Part shown: piece by piece, positions 29,957 through 40,529 of the stretch
Position numbering within the stretch: position 1 is the stretch's first letter
Layout of the letters: every line of letters begins with the position of its first letter
DNA from: a virus
Taxonomy: Duplodnaviria > Caudoviricetes
DNA: 64,000 nucleotides
Direction: 5' to 3' (one strand)
IMG/VR virus record: IMGVR_UViG_3300001487_000119
Coordinates: 140,229 to 204,228 of that record
Translations under genes and position numbers: made by a program
The notes under the pieces: generated by a model
Seen by the model: the letters and a program-made list of their open reading frames with translations, nothing else
What the model was told of the DNA's origin: nothing
The model's database searches: none

Positions 29957-30361
29957 ATGGACAGACTACCAGGCATTTATATTGATACAGACCATCCGCA
30001 TTTGTCAACAATTTTTGATATGATTGATAGCGGAGTATTACTTTATGATAATGGAACATTTAATATTCCTTCTCAATTGCATGGATTAAATAATGAAAAT
30101 ATAGGAATATTACTTGATGGAGGATTAATACATATTTTTATAACAGATTGGTTAGATCCAGAATCTGGACAACTTAAAATGTTCACCAATAAAGACGATA
30201 TTGAAATTCTTAGAAATTACGTCAATGAAGGAGATACATTTGCAGAAAAAGTTCAAAGAAATTGCGCTTTAATAACAAGATGTAAAATTAGATATGATTC
30301 AAAAGATAAAGAAATGATGAAAATTTTTTGGAAAAATTATTTTCAACATACATTAAATTAA
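29957..30361 (+). CDS. hypothetical protein
   Basis: ATG start MDRLPG directly after the previous stop. Confidence 0.7.
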   Translation: MDRLPGIYIDTDHPHLSTIFDMIDSGVLLYDNGTFNIPSQLHGLNNENIGILLDGGLIHIFITDWLDPESGQLKMFTNKDDIEILRNYVNEGDTFAEKVQRNCALITRCKIRYDSKDKEMMKIFWKNYFQHTLN

Positions 30362-30401
30362 CTTCTATTTTTTAATTTAAATAAAAAGTATTATTTTTGC
30401 A
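30360..30401 (+). promoter_or_regulatory. early promoter motif copy 8
   Basis: matches motif. Confidence 0.8.
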
Positions 30402-30419
30402 TCGAAATTAAAAATAAGT

Positions 30420-30545
30420 ATGAAAAATAAACGTCCAAATTGGTGTAATGGTAAAGGTTTGCCGCAATGTTATAATTTATCATTTGGTTTATCTATTACT
30501 AAAGGATATTGTAAAAATTGTCAATATTTCAATAAAGAAAAATAA
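30420..30545 (+). CDS. small Cys-rich protein (41 aa)
   Basis: first ORF after promoter; MKNKRPNWCNG...CKNC. Confidence 0.55.
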   Translation: MKNKRPNWCNGKGLPQCYNLSFGLSITKGYCKNCQYFNKEK

Positions 30546-30546
30546 T

Positions 30547-30840
30547 ATGAAAACTTTTAAACGCACTTGCAACAAATTGAATAAAATTCTGGATAATCGT
30601 CCAGAAAGTCAAAGTGAATTTATTGATTCTATCAATGAAATAATTTATAATGAAGTATTTCAATGTGATGGTGATTTATATTGGAATCGAGAATTATTTA
30701 TTGATTGCGGAGCCGACCGTGAATTATGTCGGAAAATGATTCATACTGATAAAGTAATGTTTGTTCCATCTGATGATCCTATTGAACATCCTGGAATTAC
30801 ACTGACATATAAACATGAATTTAGTAAAGAACAATATTAA
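30547..30840 (+). CDS. hypothetical protein
   Basis: start MKTFKRT directly after the previous stop. Confidence 0.7.
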   Translation: MKTFKRTCNKLNKILDNRPESQSEFIDSINEIIYNEVFQCDGDLYWNRELFIDCGADRELCRKMIHTDKVMFVPSDDPIEHPGITLTYKHEFSKEQY

Positions 30841-30860
30841 CATTTTAAAATAAAAATTTT

Positions 30861-31043
30861 ATGGAAACCTTTATTATTTTTGTCGGAGCAATTGTTACTG
30901 GTATGTTAATAGTTATTGCATTAACACTAATGTCAATGAGTAATGATTTGTTTAGAATTAAACAAATTTTAAACAATCATGAGCGCGAGCAGACAGAAAT
31001 ATGTAAAAAAGAATATAGTGAAACTGGAAAAATTACACATTAA
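30861..31043 (+). CDS. small single-pass membrane protein
   Basis: N-terminal hydrophobic helix. Confidence 0.6.
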   Translation: METFIIFVGAIVTGMLIVIALTLMSMSNDLFRIKQILNNHEREQTEICKKEYSETGKITH

Positions 31044-31044
31044 T

Positions 31045-32337
31045 ATGAAAGAAACTTTTGATGATATTAAAAATTCTGGTAGACTGATTTACCAATATAT
31101 TAGAGGTTCTCATGCATATGGTTTGAATGTAGAAATTTCTGATGTTGATACCGGTGGTGTATATATTACTGATAATAAACGACTTCTTGGCCTTCGTTCT
31201 AATTACTGCGAGCAAATTGCGGATGAAAAGAATGATAATGTCTGGTATGAAGTTGGCCGTTTTCTTGAATTGCTTATAAATTCCAACCCTAATATGTTGG
31301 AAGCACTGTTTGTTCCTGAGAGATGTATTCTTTATAAACACCCTGTTATGGATATTATTCTTGAGAACAGACATAAGTTTTTGACTAAGAAAGCTTTTTC
31401 AGCTTTGACCGGATACGGTATAGAACAGATTCGCAAGGCCCGTGGACTTAACAAAAAAATTGTCAATCCAATAGTTGAGAGAAAAGAGCCTATTGATTTC
31501 TGCTATACTTTCAGAAAGCAAGGTACCCAACCTATTCAGAATTGGCTGGCAGAACGCAGACTTAAGCAAATTTATTGCGGGTTGAACCATCTGCCTAATA
31601 TGGATCAAATGTATGGTGTTTATTATGACTGGGGCCAACATATCCATATGGAATGGAAAACCGCTGAAGAATTTGCGGAATTTATGACCACTGCAAAAGG
31701 TATTCATTGGGTTGAAGATATTATATTTAATATTGATCGAGATATTTATAACAAACTTGCATACGAACGTGGATATGATGAAAAGGAAGATGCTGAATAT
31801 AATTATCAAAAATATCTAAAAGTATATAAAGAAATTATGCCTAAGGGCTATCATGGCATAGTTAAAGAGGATGGGTCTTCATGTTATGTCCATCTTGATT
31901 CTATTGTTAAAGGTGACAAGCCTATTTGCTGGATGAGTTACAATGATGATGGTTTCCAATCTCATTGCAAGCAATATAAAGATTATAAAGATTGGGAAAA
32001 GAAACGAAACCAAGCACGATATGAATCTAATCTTGAGAAGAACTATGATTCCAAGAACATTATGCACTGCGTCCGTCTGATTCAAATGGGTATTGAACTT
32101 GCAAAAACTGGCGAATTAAATGTTGACAGAGAAAAGGCAGGTGACAGACAATTCCTGCTGGATATCAGAAATCACAAATATGAATATGATTATTTGATTG
32201 ATTACTGTGAGAAGAAAAAAGTGGAGATGGATGAAGCAATTAAAACTTGCAATTTGCCAGAAGAGATTGATAAGGAATTTGTAAATGAATTGCTAATTAG
32301 AGTTCGACAAGTTTTTGATTATATGGAAAACAGATAA
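31045..32337 (+). CDS. Pol-beta superfamily nucleotidyltransferase (RlaP/YcgL-like)
   Basis: RGSHAYGL....SDVD.GGV, SNPNMLEAL, YDSKNIMHCVRL. Confidence 0.87.
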   Translation: MKETFDDIKNSGRLIYQYIRGSHAYGLNVEISDVDTGGVYITDNKRLLGLRSNYCEQIADEKNDNVWYEVGRFLELLINSNPNMLEALFVPERCILYKHPVMDIILENRHKFLTKKAFSALTGYGIEQIRKARGLNKKIVNPIVERKEPIDFCYTFRKQGTQPIQNWLAERRLKQIYCGLNHLPNMDQMYGVYYDWGQHIHMEWKTAEEFAEFMTTAKGIHWVEDIIFNIDRDIYNKLAYERGYDEKEDAEYNYQKYLKVYKEIMPKGYHGIVKEDGSSCYVHLDSIVKGDKPICWMSYNDDGFQSHCKQYKDYKDWEKKRNQARYESNLEKNYDSKNIMHCVRLIQMGIELAKTGELNVDREKAGDRQFLLDIRNHKYEYDYLIDYCEKKKVEMDEAIKTCNLPEEIDKEFVNELLIRVRQVFDYMENR

Positions 32338-32340
32338 AAG

Positions 32341-32375
32341 AAAATTGCTAAGGTGTTAATTCCTTAGCAATTTTT
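32341..32375. terminator. bidirectional terminator
   Basis: AAAATTGCTAAGG/CCTTAGCAATTTT. Confidence 0.75.
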
Positions 32376-32376
32376 G

Positions 32377-33858
32377 TTATTTTAGAGTATTAAATGATTT
32401 TGCATATACATCTTGTCCAAATAGGTAAACAGAATTTGGAGATGTTGGTAATGTATCTGTGCTAATATAATTGTCAACAATAATATTATCTGAAAGATTT
32501 ATAGATCCATCACAATTATTTAATATTGTAATATTTTTATATACACTATCTCCATGAAGACTGAGAAGACTGATTCTATTAGATGAATTTATAATTACAT
32601 TTTGCATGCCATATGTTATTGAATTAATAATATTATTAGAATTAATAACTATGTTATCATTAGTATTTATGCCGGCACCACCAAAATTAATAATATTATT
32701 ATTATTAATTATACTATTAGATAATTTTGTAATAGTATTGCCTTCAACTATATAAATACTACAATCATTATATATTTTATTATTATAAAAATCTACACTA
32801 TTTGCCATAGGCGCATCTAAATTAATAATTGAATTTATACCAATATAATTATTATAAATAGTAAAATTAGTACTAGTTGATATTAGTGTTTGCTTATATA
32901 AATCAAATGGATTAGATTTAATTATATTATTTTTAATAGTATTTGTAATTAATAATAAATTACTAGCATCACTACCCATGTTAAATGTAAATTTATCATT
33001 ATATTTCAAATTATAAAAATCATATAGAGCTTCATTTCCATATTGATCTTTTAATAATGTAATACAAATTTTAGTATTATTATCTTCTAATTTATAAGTT
33101 CCATAAACTTTTAGTGCATTTCCATTATGATCATACATTTCATATAATTTTCTATCTAAAGTTGATACATCATTTGCTTTAACTAATAAACTTAACGAAT
33201 TAGTATTAGTTGGACCACTAAAATTACCATTTGGTAAGGCCATACAGCCATCACTGTCAGCATAATAATCATTAATTAAATAAAATTTATTGGGAACCAA
33301 TGCATTATTAATACTCCATCTTTTTATATCATCAAAACTACATATAGATGCATCTAATAATTCTCTAAGATTAGATATTCTATTACTTATATCATCAATA
33401 CTTGCATTTATTATATTAATATCTTCTGTTAATTCTCCATAACTTGCATCTATTAAATCAAGTGGTGTATAATAAGATAGAATTTCAGATAAGTTATAAT
33501 TAGTTACATTAATTTGTCTATATGTTGTTCCTGGAATAATACTAGTATCAACTCTAGAAATTAACATATCATCATTTCGATCTCCATCAATTATTTTATA
33601 AAATTGTCCATCTTTATATAATGGATGTTCATCTGGATGTCTTTTTTCTGATGTATTTATAGATACACCGATTTGAGATGTAGCTTCGCCCGTAATATTA
33701 ACAGCAACAGGAAATCCGGTATAAATATATTTTCTGGATATTATATTAGTATTACTAGAATTTGCAACTTCATAATATAATGATGTTATATCAGTAATAG
33801 GTGAAATATTCATTCCACTTGCATCGAATAATTGAATACTTTTCGCAGTTGTTAACAT
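32377..33858 (-). CDS. putative tail fibre/spike-like protein with Asn-rich beta-helix C-terminus
   Basis: NNI repeats; shares ISPIT.I.SLYYE and LKD.YGNE with 38812..40263. Confidence 0.6.
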   Translation of the reverse strand: MLTTAKSIQLFDASGMNISPITDITSLYYEVANSSNTNIISRKYIYTGFPVAVNITGEATSQIGVSINTSEKRHPDEHPLYKDGQFYKIIDGDRNDDMLISRVDTSIIPGTTYRQINVTNYNLSEILSYYTPLDLIDASYGELTEDINIINASIDDISNRISNLRELLDASICSFDDIKRWSINNALVPNKFYLINDYYADSDGCMALPNGNFSGPTNTNSLSLLVKANDVSTLDRKLYEMYDHNGNALKVYGTYKLEDNNTKICITLLKDQYGNEALYDFYNLKYNDKFTFNMGSDASNLLLITNTIKNNIIKSNPFDLYKQTLISTSTNFTIYNNYIGINSIINLDAPMANSVDFYNNKIYNDCSIYIVEGNTITKLSNSIINNNNIINFGGAGINTNDNIVINSNNIINSITYGMQNVIINSSNRISLLSLHGDSVYKNITILNNCDGSINLSDNIIVDNYISTDTLPTSPNSVYLFGQDVYAKSFNTLK

Positions 33859-33966
33859 AATTATTAATTAAAAACACACTTTTTCTATATATTATTTATT
33901 TTTATTGAAACTTTTTACTAACTTTATTTATAATAATAAAATATTGTTTAGTTAAATAGAAATTTT

Positions 33967-34008
33967 AACTTCTATTTTTTAGTTTAGGAAAAAGGTTGTA
34001 ATTTTGCA
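33967..34008 (+). promoter_or_regulatory. early promoter motif copy 9
   Basis: matches motif, TAATTTTG. Confidence 0.75.
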
Positions 34009-34037
34009 ATGTTAAATTAAAACAACAAAATATAAAC

Positions 34038-35948
34038 ATGAAAACTATGAATACGAAACTTATTAAACTTTTTAATGTAGCTTTAGTAGAAAACACCCCA
34101 TCTAAGAATATGTTTAAGAATGTTAATCGGCTTGCAGCTCAAGTTGGTTATTTTGTTCATCCTGATGTTTGTAATGAATCTGTTCTTGCTTTCTTAGAAG
34201 AGCAGACTATCAACCCTAATGCTACGTTTTATAAAAATTGGGAAGATGTCATATCTAAAAATAGGCTTGAATTGGCGCTTGACCAAGTTTTTCATTATTT
34301 GACTACATATGGGACTGATTTTGCACTGGGTAACGGTTATGTTCCTAATGATGGAGAAAATGATGTGCTAGCTATCGATTTTAAAAATTTTAAGGTAATT
34401 ATGCCTATTTCCGCTGATGATTTGTTTAATCGTTGTTGGAATATGCTTTGTTCAGGTGTAGCACTTAAAGGTGATACTATGCATGCAGTGGCAGATTATG
34501 TTATTGAGCATGTTTATAATGGGAAAATGATTAATGTAGATTCTATTAAAAATAGAGAAGCATTAGTTTATATTTGTGATATATTGAATATATGGCCGGA
34601 GAATGCACATAATTTGTTCAGACTTATTATGTATAAAACAACCGGTGATACAATGATCGTTAATAACGATGAAACAATTCGTAAAATTAAAAAATCTGGA
34701 TATGTATTTGATTTCAATAAATTGTCAGATGCTGATTTAACTCATCTATCTTCTATTTTCTTGCGATATAAAAAGTTGTTCTTGGCATTTAAACATAATG
34801 AATATGTTGATAATCGTTCAGCTATTAATAAGCTTCGTAAGCTTGCTATTAAAAACCATAAGCCATTTAAGGCTGGTTTTTGGCAAACTTTGTTCGCTGA
34901 GCAAAAAACTGCTGAAGAGATTAAAGCACATCTCACTGAGTTGACAACATATAAAAAGATTGCTCTTATGCAATTATGTAAAGAGCGTTATATGATGCCG
35001 AAGGATAATTTGTATTTTATTCGTAATGGAAAACAATTCTTTAAAATAAATGATGCAGTTGATATAACAGTTAAAGAATTGAAAGACAAAGCTTTCTATG
35101 CAGCTGTTATATATAATATTCTTAAAGATAGTGTTATTGATACGCTGAAAGCTAATTCTGAAAAAGATGTAGTAGTAACACTTAATGAAGATGGAACACC
35201 GGCAGAAACTAAAAAGGCACCTAAAGTTGTTAAGCTTTATTCTGGAATGCATATTGCACTTCCTTCTTCTGAGAAATCATTTATTGGAAATTATCCATTC
35301 GGAACTCAATTTGATTTGACACAAAATAATCTTATTGGTTGTTATTGGCGTAGTAATTGGGGAACTAATGATTATGATTTGTCTTTGGTAGATATTAACG
35401 GACATAAAATCGGTTGGAATGCAAGTTATTATAATATGCCACAAAATATAGTTTATTCTGGCGATATGACTAATGCTGAGCCGGAAGCATGTGAGGTTAT
35501 TAAAATTGCTAATCCTGCTGATGTAAAAGCGCTTATTAAAATTAACCAATATAGAGGACAAAGCAAATCTAAATTTGAATTGTTCTTTGGACAATCTGAT
35601 AAGCCATTTAAATATGAAGCATATAAAAATTATATGGTTGATCCTAATGAGATTAAGTTCCGTGCAACTGTAGAGCATGAAAATAAAAAAGAAATGCAAG
35701 TTGCATTAGTTGGCAATAATAAAATCACTTTGATGGAAATTAATAGTGGAAATAAAATTGTTAGCAGTACTAATCGTCATAATAAAGAATATATAAATGT
35801 ATTAATGGCAAAAACTGAGTATTTTGTAAATGCTGAAGAAATGCTTAGAGAAGCCGGATTCCAAATTGTTGATGAGAATTATACTGGAGAAGTAGATATA
35901 GATTTTGCAAATCTTGATAAAGATTCGCTGTTAAGCCTTCTTGCTTAA
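34038..35948 (+). CDS. large protein with TerD-like C-terminal region
   Basis: W....NDYDLS, IGWN, YSGDMTNA....E. Confidence 0.6.
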   Translation: MKTMNTKLIKLFNVALVENTPSKNMFKNVNRLAAQVGYFVHPDVCNESVLAFLEEQTINPNATFYKNWEDVISKNRLELALDQVFHYLTTYGTDFALGNGYVPNDGENDVLAIDFKNFKVIMPISADDLFNRCWNMLCSGVALKGDTMHAVADYVIEHVYNGKMINVDSIKNREALVYICDILNIWPENAHNLFRLIMYKTTGDTMIVNNDETIRKIKKSGYVFDFNKLSDADLTHLSSIFLRYKKLFLAFKHNEYVDNRSAINKLRKLAIKNHKPFKAGFWQTLFAEQKTAEEIKAHLTELTTYKKIALMQLCKERYMMPKDNLYFIRNGKQFFKINDAVDITVKELKDKAFYAAVIYNILKDSVIDTLKANSEKDVVVTLNEDGTPAETKKAPKVVKLYSGMHIALPSSEKSFIGNYPFGTQFDLTQNNLIGCYWRSNWGTNDYDLSLVDINGHKIGWNASYYNMPQNIVYSGDMTNAEPEACEVIKIANPADVKALIKINQYRGQSKSKFELFFGQSDKPFKYEAYKNYMVDPNEIKFRATVEHENKKEMQVALVGNNKITLMEINSGNKIVSSTNRHNKEYINVLMAKTEYFVNAEEMLREAGFQIVDENYTGEVDIDFANLDKDSLLSLLA

Positions 35949-36052
35949 TAGTGATGTTCATGTTTATGTTGTTAATAATTTGTTGGAAACCTGATGAAGT
36001 GATTTCATTAGGTTTCTTTAATAAATATATTGAATAAATTGAATTAGTAAAT

Positions 36053-36451
36053 ATGAATAAGAAACAATTATATGAATCGATAATGTCTTCCGTTGCAAAA
36101 TAGGTTAAAAAAGTATTAAATGAATCAAATACTGGTCGACATGAATTTTCAAAAAAAGATTTGAAAGAAATAAAAGAAATTATTCTTAATGATGATGATT
36201 TTTATGAAATATTTTGTTCATGTGCAAATTTTGATTATTATGATTCATATGAAGAAGCAGTAAACGATCTTATGAATTTTTTAACTTATGATGTTTATGA
36301 CTCCAATGTACAATTAGATATAGAGGCACATGCATGGTATATATTAGATGAGCCCGATCCAGGCACATCATGGGTAAGATTAAAATCTGGAAAAATTGCA
36401 AATATGGATAATATATGGCAAGAATTTAAATCGATTATTTCACAAAAATAA
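36053..36451 (+). CDS. late protein with LYESIM...VLNE leader, code 15, 132 aa
   Basis: MNKKQLYESIMSSVAK(TAG)VKKVLNES; TAG aligns with CAA in the 27503 gene. Confidence 0.8.
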
Positions 36452-36480
36452 AGTTCTAGAAATTTTCTAGAACTTTTTAT

Positions 36481-36849
36481 TTATTGTGTCATTACGATAC
36501 CTAAACATTTTATTTGATTAATTGATATATTAATAATTGCATAATCAGATTTATTATAATAGTCTTTTCCAAATTCAACATTTGCTTGAACATTATATAA
36601 ACTTTTATCATATTCAATATTTGTTAAAATTGTTTCGGTAATTATTCTATTAATTTCTTCTTGATTATAGCTTAAATTAAACAAATATTTTTTAATATTT
36701 GCACCAAAATACGGAGCACCGAGAATATCTCCAGGTGTTGTCCCTAATACCATTTTAATCTGTGATAATATCTATTCCATTCCATCAGTTGTTTCAACCT
36801 ATGGGGAATAAAGCTAATCTGAACCTAATCTAGTATAAATATCTACCAT
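36481..36849 (-). CDS. baseplate wedge subunit, gp25-like, code 15
   Basis: GTTPGDILGAPYFGANIKKYLF; N-terminus extends through 3 TAGs. Confidence 0.8.
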
Positions 36850-36850
36850 A

Positions 36851-38788
36851 TTATGTTAAAGGTGTATATTTTGTTAATGTTATTTGTTGATTTGTTGATC
36901 TTTTTGTGTCAATAACTAAATTATATGCACAAACTGCATTTGTTTTTATTCCTGATTTATATTCGGTTCCGTTTTCATCAATAAATCCGCCACGAACTAA
37001 TGGAAGAATATCTCTAACTGTAATATATTGCCCATTATGATCTGTAATAGTTCTTGTTAAAATAATATCACCGAATTCATCAATACCATTAAATGGCTTA
37101 CCATCTCTTTCACCATAAATATTCACATTTTCAGCCGATGCTACAAAATTAACTTTAACTGAATCAATACCAGGAACTTCATTTTCAAATATAGCAATAA
37201 TATCTGAAATCGGAATCATATCTTTACGTTTTCTATTTAAAAAATATTCTGATAATTTATCTAAACCTGCAGAATAAACTTCATGTTCATCATAATTGCT
37301 CCATATCTTAGCTTCAACATTTATTGCAAAACGAACAATTTTAGGTTGTATTATTCTATTTTCAACTGTTATAATTCTTTGTCCGGATGCATTAATTAAA
37401 TTAATAATATTTTTCTATTCATCATCTGACAAATAAAATAATGATTCATCACATGTAAAATAATTTGAATTTGCAGATATACGTTTATTAATATCAGGAA
37501 CTAAGAATATATAAACCGTATTATCACGATATGTATTATCATTTAATTTGCTGTGAGCATATTCATAAATTTGATATGTTTTTTCAACATCTTTATGTAA
37601 TTCAGCAGCTTGCTCACTATCAATACCCCATGTATCTACGGCATTTCTGTAAGTTTGTCTTGCTACATTATAATTTTCTAAAGCTTGATCTGCAGCTAAT
37701 TTCATTACAGATGCACCGTTAACTGTATATGAACCTCTAATTATTTCAATATCAGAAAACATATTCATTCTTTGGAAGAAATATTTATAATTAGTTTCAG
37801 ATGCAAGAACAAAAGAACGGCTTGCATGCGGAGCAATTAATTGAGTTAATGCAGTATCTTCACTTTCAGTTCCAAATATAATATCAGTAGTTAATCTGAT
37901 TTTAAAATTTTTATTTAATGGAACTGTATTACCATTTGCTAAACGAGCGTCACCATCCCATTGCCAATTATCATCACCATTTATAAATGATTTATATATA
38001 TTTGCATTATTACCGTCTGTTACAATATATTCAACAACAATTGATGCACCTTTTGGCGGAATTGCTCCCATTGCACCATTACCGAAAAATATATCTAAAC
38101 CTGAATTTATACCGGTACGAACAATGCATCCTTTTTGATTAAATCCTAAATCTATAATAGAATCATGAATTTCCCATGGTTCACCGTTTACATAAACATT
38201 TATATAATATTGGTCAACTTCCTAATAATTACGTTCTGCAAAATTAAATGATTGAAGTGCTCGACCGGTACCGGTTGCTTGTTGAAATTTAATTTTTCCT
38301 TGAATTAAATTTGCATCTATTGAATTGCCATAATTCATTGTAATTTTGCCATTATCTGCACCAAATAAAATTGTATATGTTAAACCATTTTGCTTGTTTA
38401 TAACTTGTGTTTTATTCGGAATATAACAAACTAAACCATCTAATTCATAATTACCATTACTTGCATAATAAATTTGACATGCACCTCTAGCAGAAATCGG
38501 ACGTGCTGATTCATGTCCTGCAAGTCTGGCCAATCCTTTAATTTGATCCGGACGGTATGATGTTCTTATATTTAATCCTGTAATAGAATCCTCAATATAA
38601 TAGAAAATCATTCTACCAAGATGAAGAACAACTTGAAGTAGCTAACCAAACGGAGATGCAGTATTAAACTATTGTCCAACAGCTTTATATGTTGCTTTAA
38701 TATATGCTAAAGCGTCTTCATATAATTCTGCAAATTTTATTCTATTTAATTTAAAAATCTTTATTTCTTTATCATCTTTTTCGGCCAT
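36851..38788 (-). CDS. baseplate wedge subunit, gp6-like, code 15, 645 aa
   Basis: three track ORFs join through TAGs; LARLAGH...R..SA, IFFGNG..GAIP..GA.I.VEY. Confidence 0.82.
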
Positions 38789-38811
38789 ATTTATAAAGCT
38801 AATTTTTACTT

Positions 38812-40263
38812 TTAATATTTATTAGTTGTTCTTAAACTACCTACATATACAGAAACATCATTTCCAAATCCACCATAAAAAGTACAAGAACTTGTATGAT
38901 CTGTTGCCAATGCAGTACTAGTTGAATAATTAAAAAATAATTTCATATTTTCTAATGTAGATGTATTTGGTTGACATCCTATTTCATCACCAATTATAAT
39001 ATTATTATCTCCTAAATTAAGAGTCTAATTTTTAAGATTAATTAATACATTATTATTTCCAACAACATAAATAGAACAATCATTACAATTTATAATTGTA
39101 TTATTATTTCCTGATATATCACAAATATAATTAGAAGAATTAAATATTTTATTATTTTGTGAATTATTATGTATTATTAACTAATAAGAATTATTAATTA
39201 TATTATTTGCCGGACTATATTGTGGTGAATCAGATAAAATATCTATTTCATTTGAATTATATATCTAATTATTATAAGCACTAGAACAACTTATGGCAAT
39301 ATAAAGATTATTCTATTGTTCTGGAGAAAGATATATAATATTATTTTTGCAGTTATTTGTATCAGCTAAATTACTATAAAAAATATTGCGATTTATATTT
39401 TTTAATTTATGAATTCTAAAATCAAAATTTCCTTCATTTCCATATTCATCTTTTAAATACGTAATTGTGCTAGAATCAAAATTATAATGAAAATCCCAAT
39501 TATCTACATTTAATTCTTCAATATACTAATTTTTTTGTGCAATATCTAAACTAATTAGATGTTTAGTATTATTTATATAAACATTCTATACTTTAATTAT
39601 AAATGAAGCATTTGCAATATATTGTCCAGACTGACTTTCATGTGGATGATAAAATAAATTATATATACCATTGTTTTCTAATGTAGTAGATGTATCTAAA
39701 TTATTCCAAGTATAATATTCTGTATGTGAAGATAAAGTATTTATTAATTTGTCTAATGCCAATGATGTATCAATAATAAAATTACTTACATTTGGTATAC
39801 TTGAATTAATTATATTAATTTGATTAACAATGCTGTTTATACTTGTATCAAAATAATGTACATTTGTATAATATTGTAATAAATTCTATATATTAATATT
39901 TTTACTAGAATCTATAGTATATAAACTAGTATCATATAATAACTCATGTGTAATAGAATCTGACGGATTTAATATTTCAGATTTAATATAATTAATATTT
40001 GTTGATATATTTTTAAAAGTCGGACCTAAACTAACTTCACCTATAATAGGATTTGATGAATTTGAAACACTAATTGGTGATATTAAAAAATTAGAAATAT
40101 CAAATTTAATAGGCATATATTTAGCAACTGCCCTTCTCTTAATAATATATGATGTATTTCCATCTTTTTCAGCCTACTCATAATAAAGTGAATCTATATT
40201 AGTGATAGGCGAAATTCTATCAAAATCCTTATTTAAATACTATGCCTTTTTACTAGTAAACAT
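38812..40263 (-). CDS. tail fibre/spike-like protein, paralogue of 32377..33858, code 15, 483 aa
   Basis: open frame with about 9 TAGs; shared motifs. Confidence 0.7.
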
Positions 40264-40283
40264 TTTCTAAAATTAATATTTTA

Positions 40284-40529
40284 TTACCATTTTTTTTCTG
40301 GACAACCGTCTATAGATTTACCATTTTCATCTAATGGAAAATCAACTCTGACTTTTGCCTTTAATATACAACTGCATATATCACATATTCCATCATTGTT
40401 ATGTTTACAACAATTACATGTTGCCAATCTTTCTTTAGCTTGCTATTTGGTTTTTCCTGAAATAATATTCCAAATCCAAACTGAATAACCAGCAATAATA
40501 TAAAAAATATGTTTAATATAATCTTTCAT
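40284..40529 (-). CDS. small Cys-rich protein (DUF6171-like), code 15
   Basis: ERLATCNCC...CDICSCILKAK...CPEKKW; one TAG. Confidence 0.7.

Noticed and set aside
1104-34008. 42-bp repeats as CRISPR repeats or IS ends
   Set aside because: Dispersed, always oriented toward a downstream start codon, and contain a promoter -7 box
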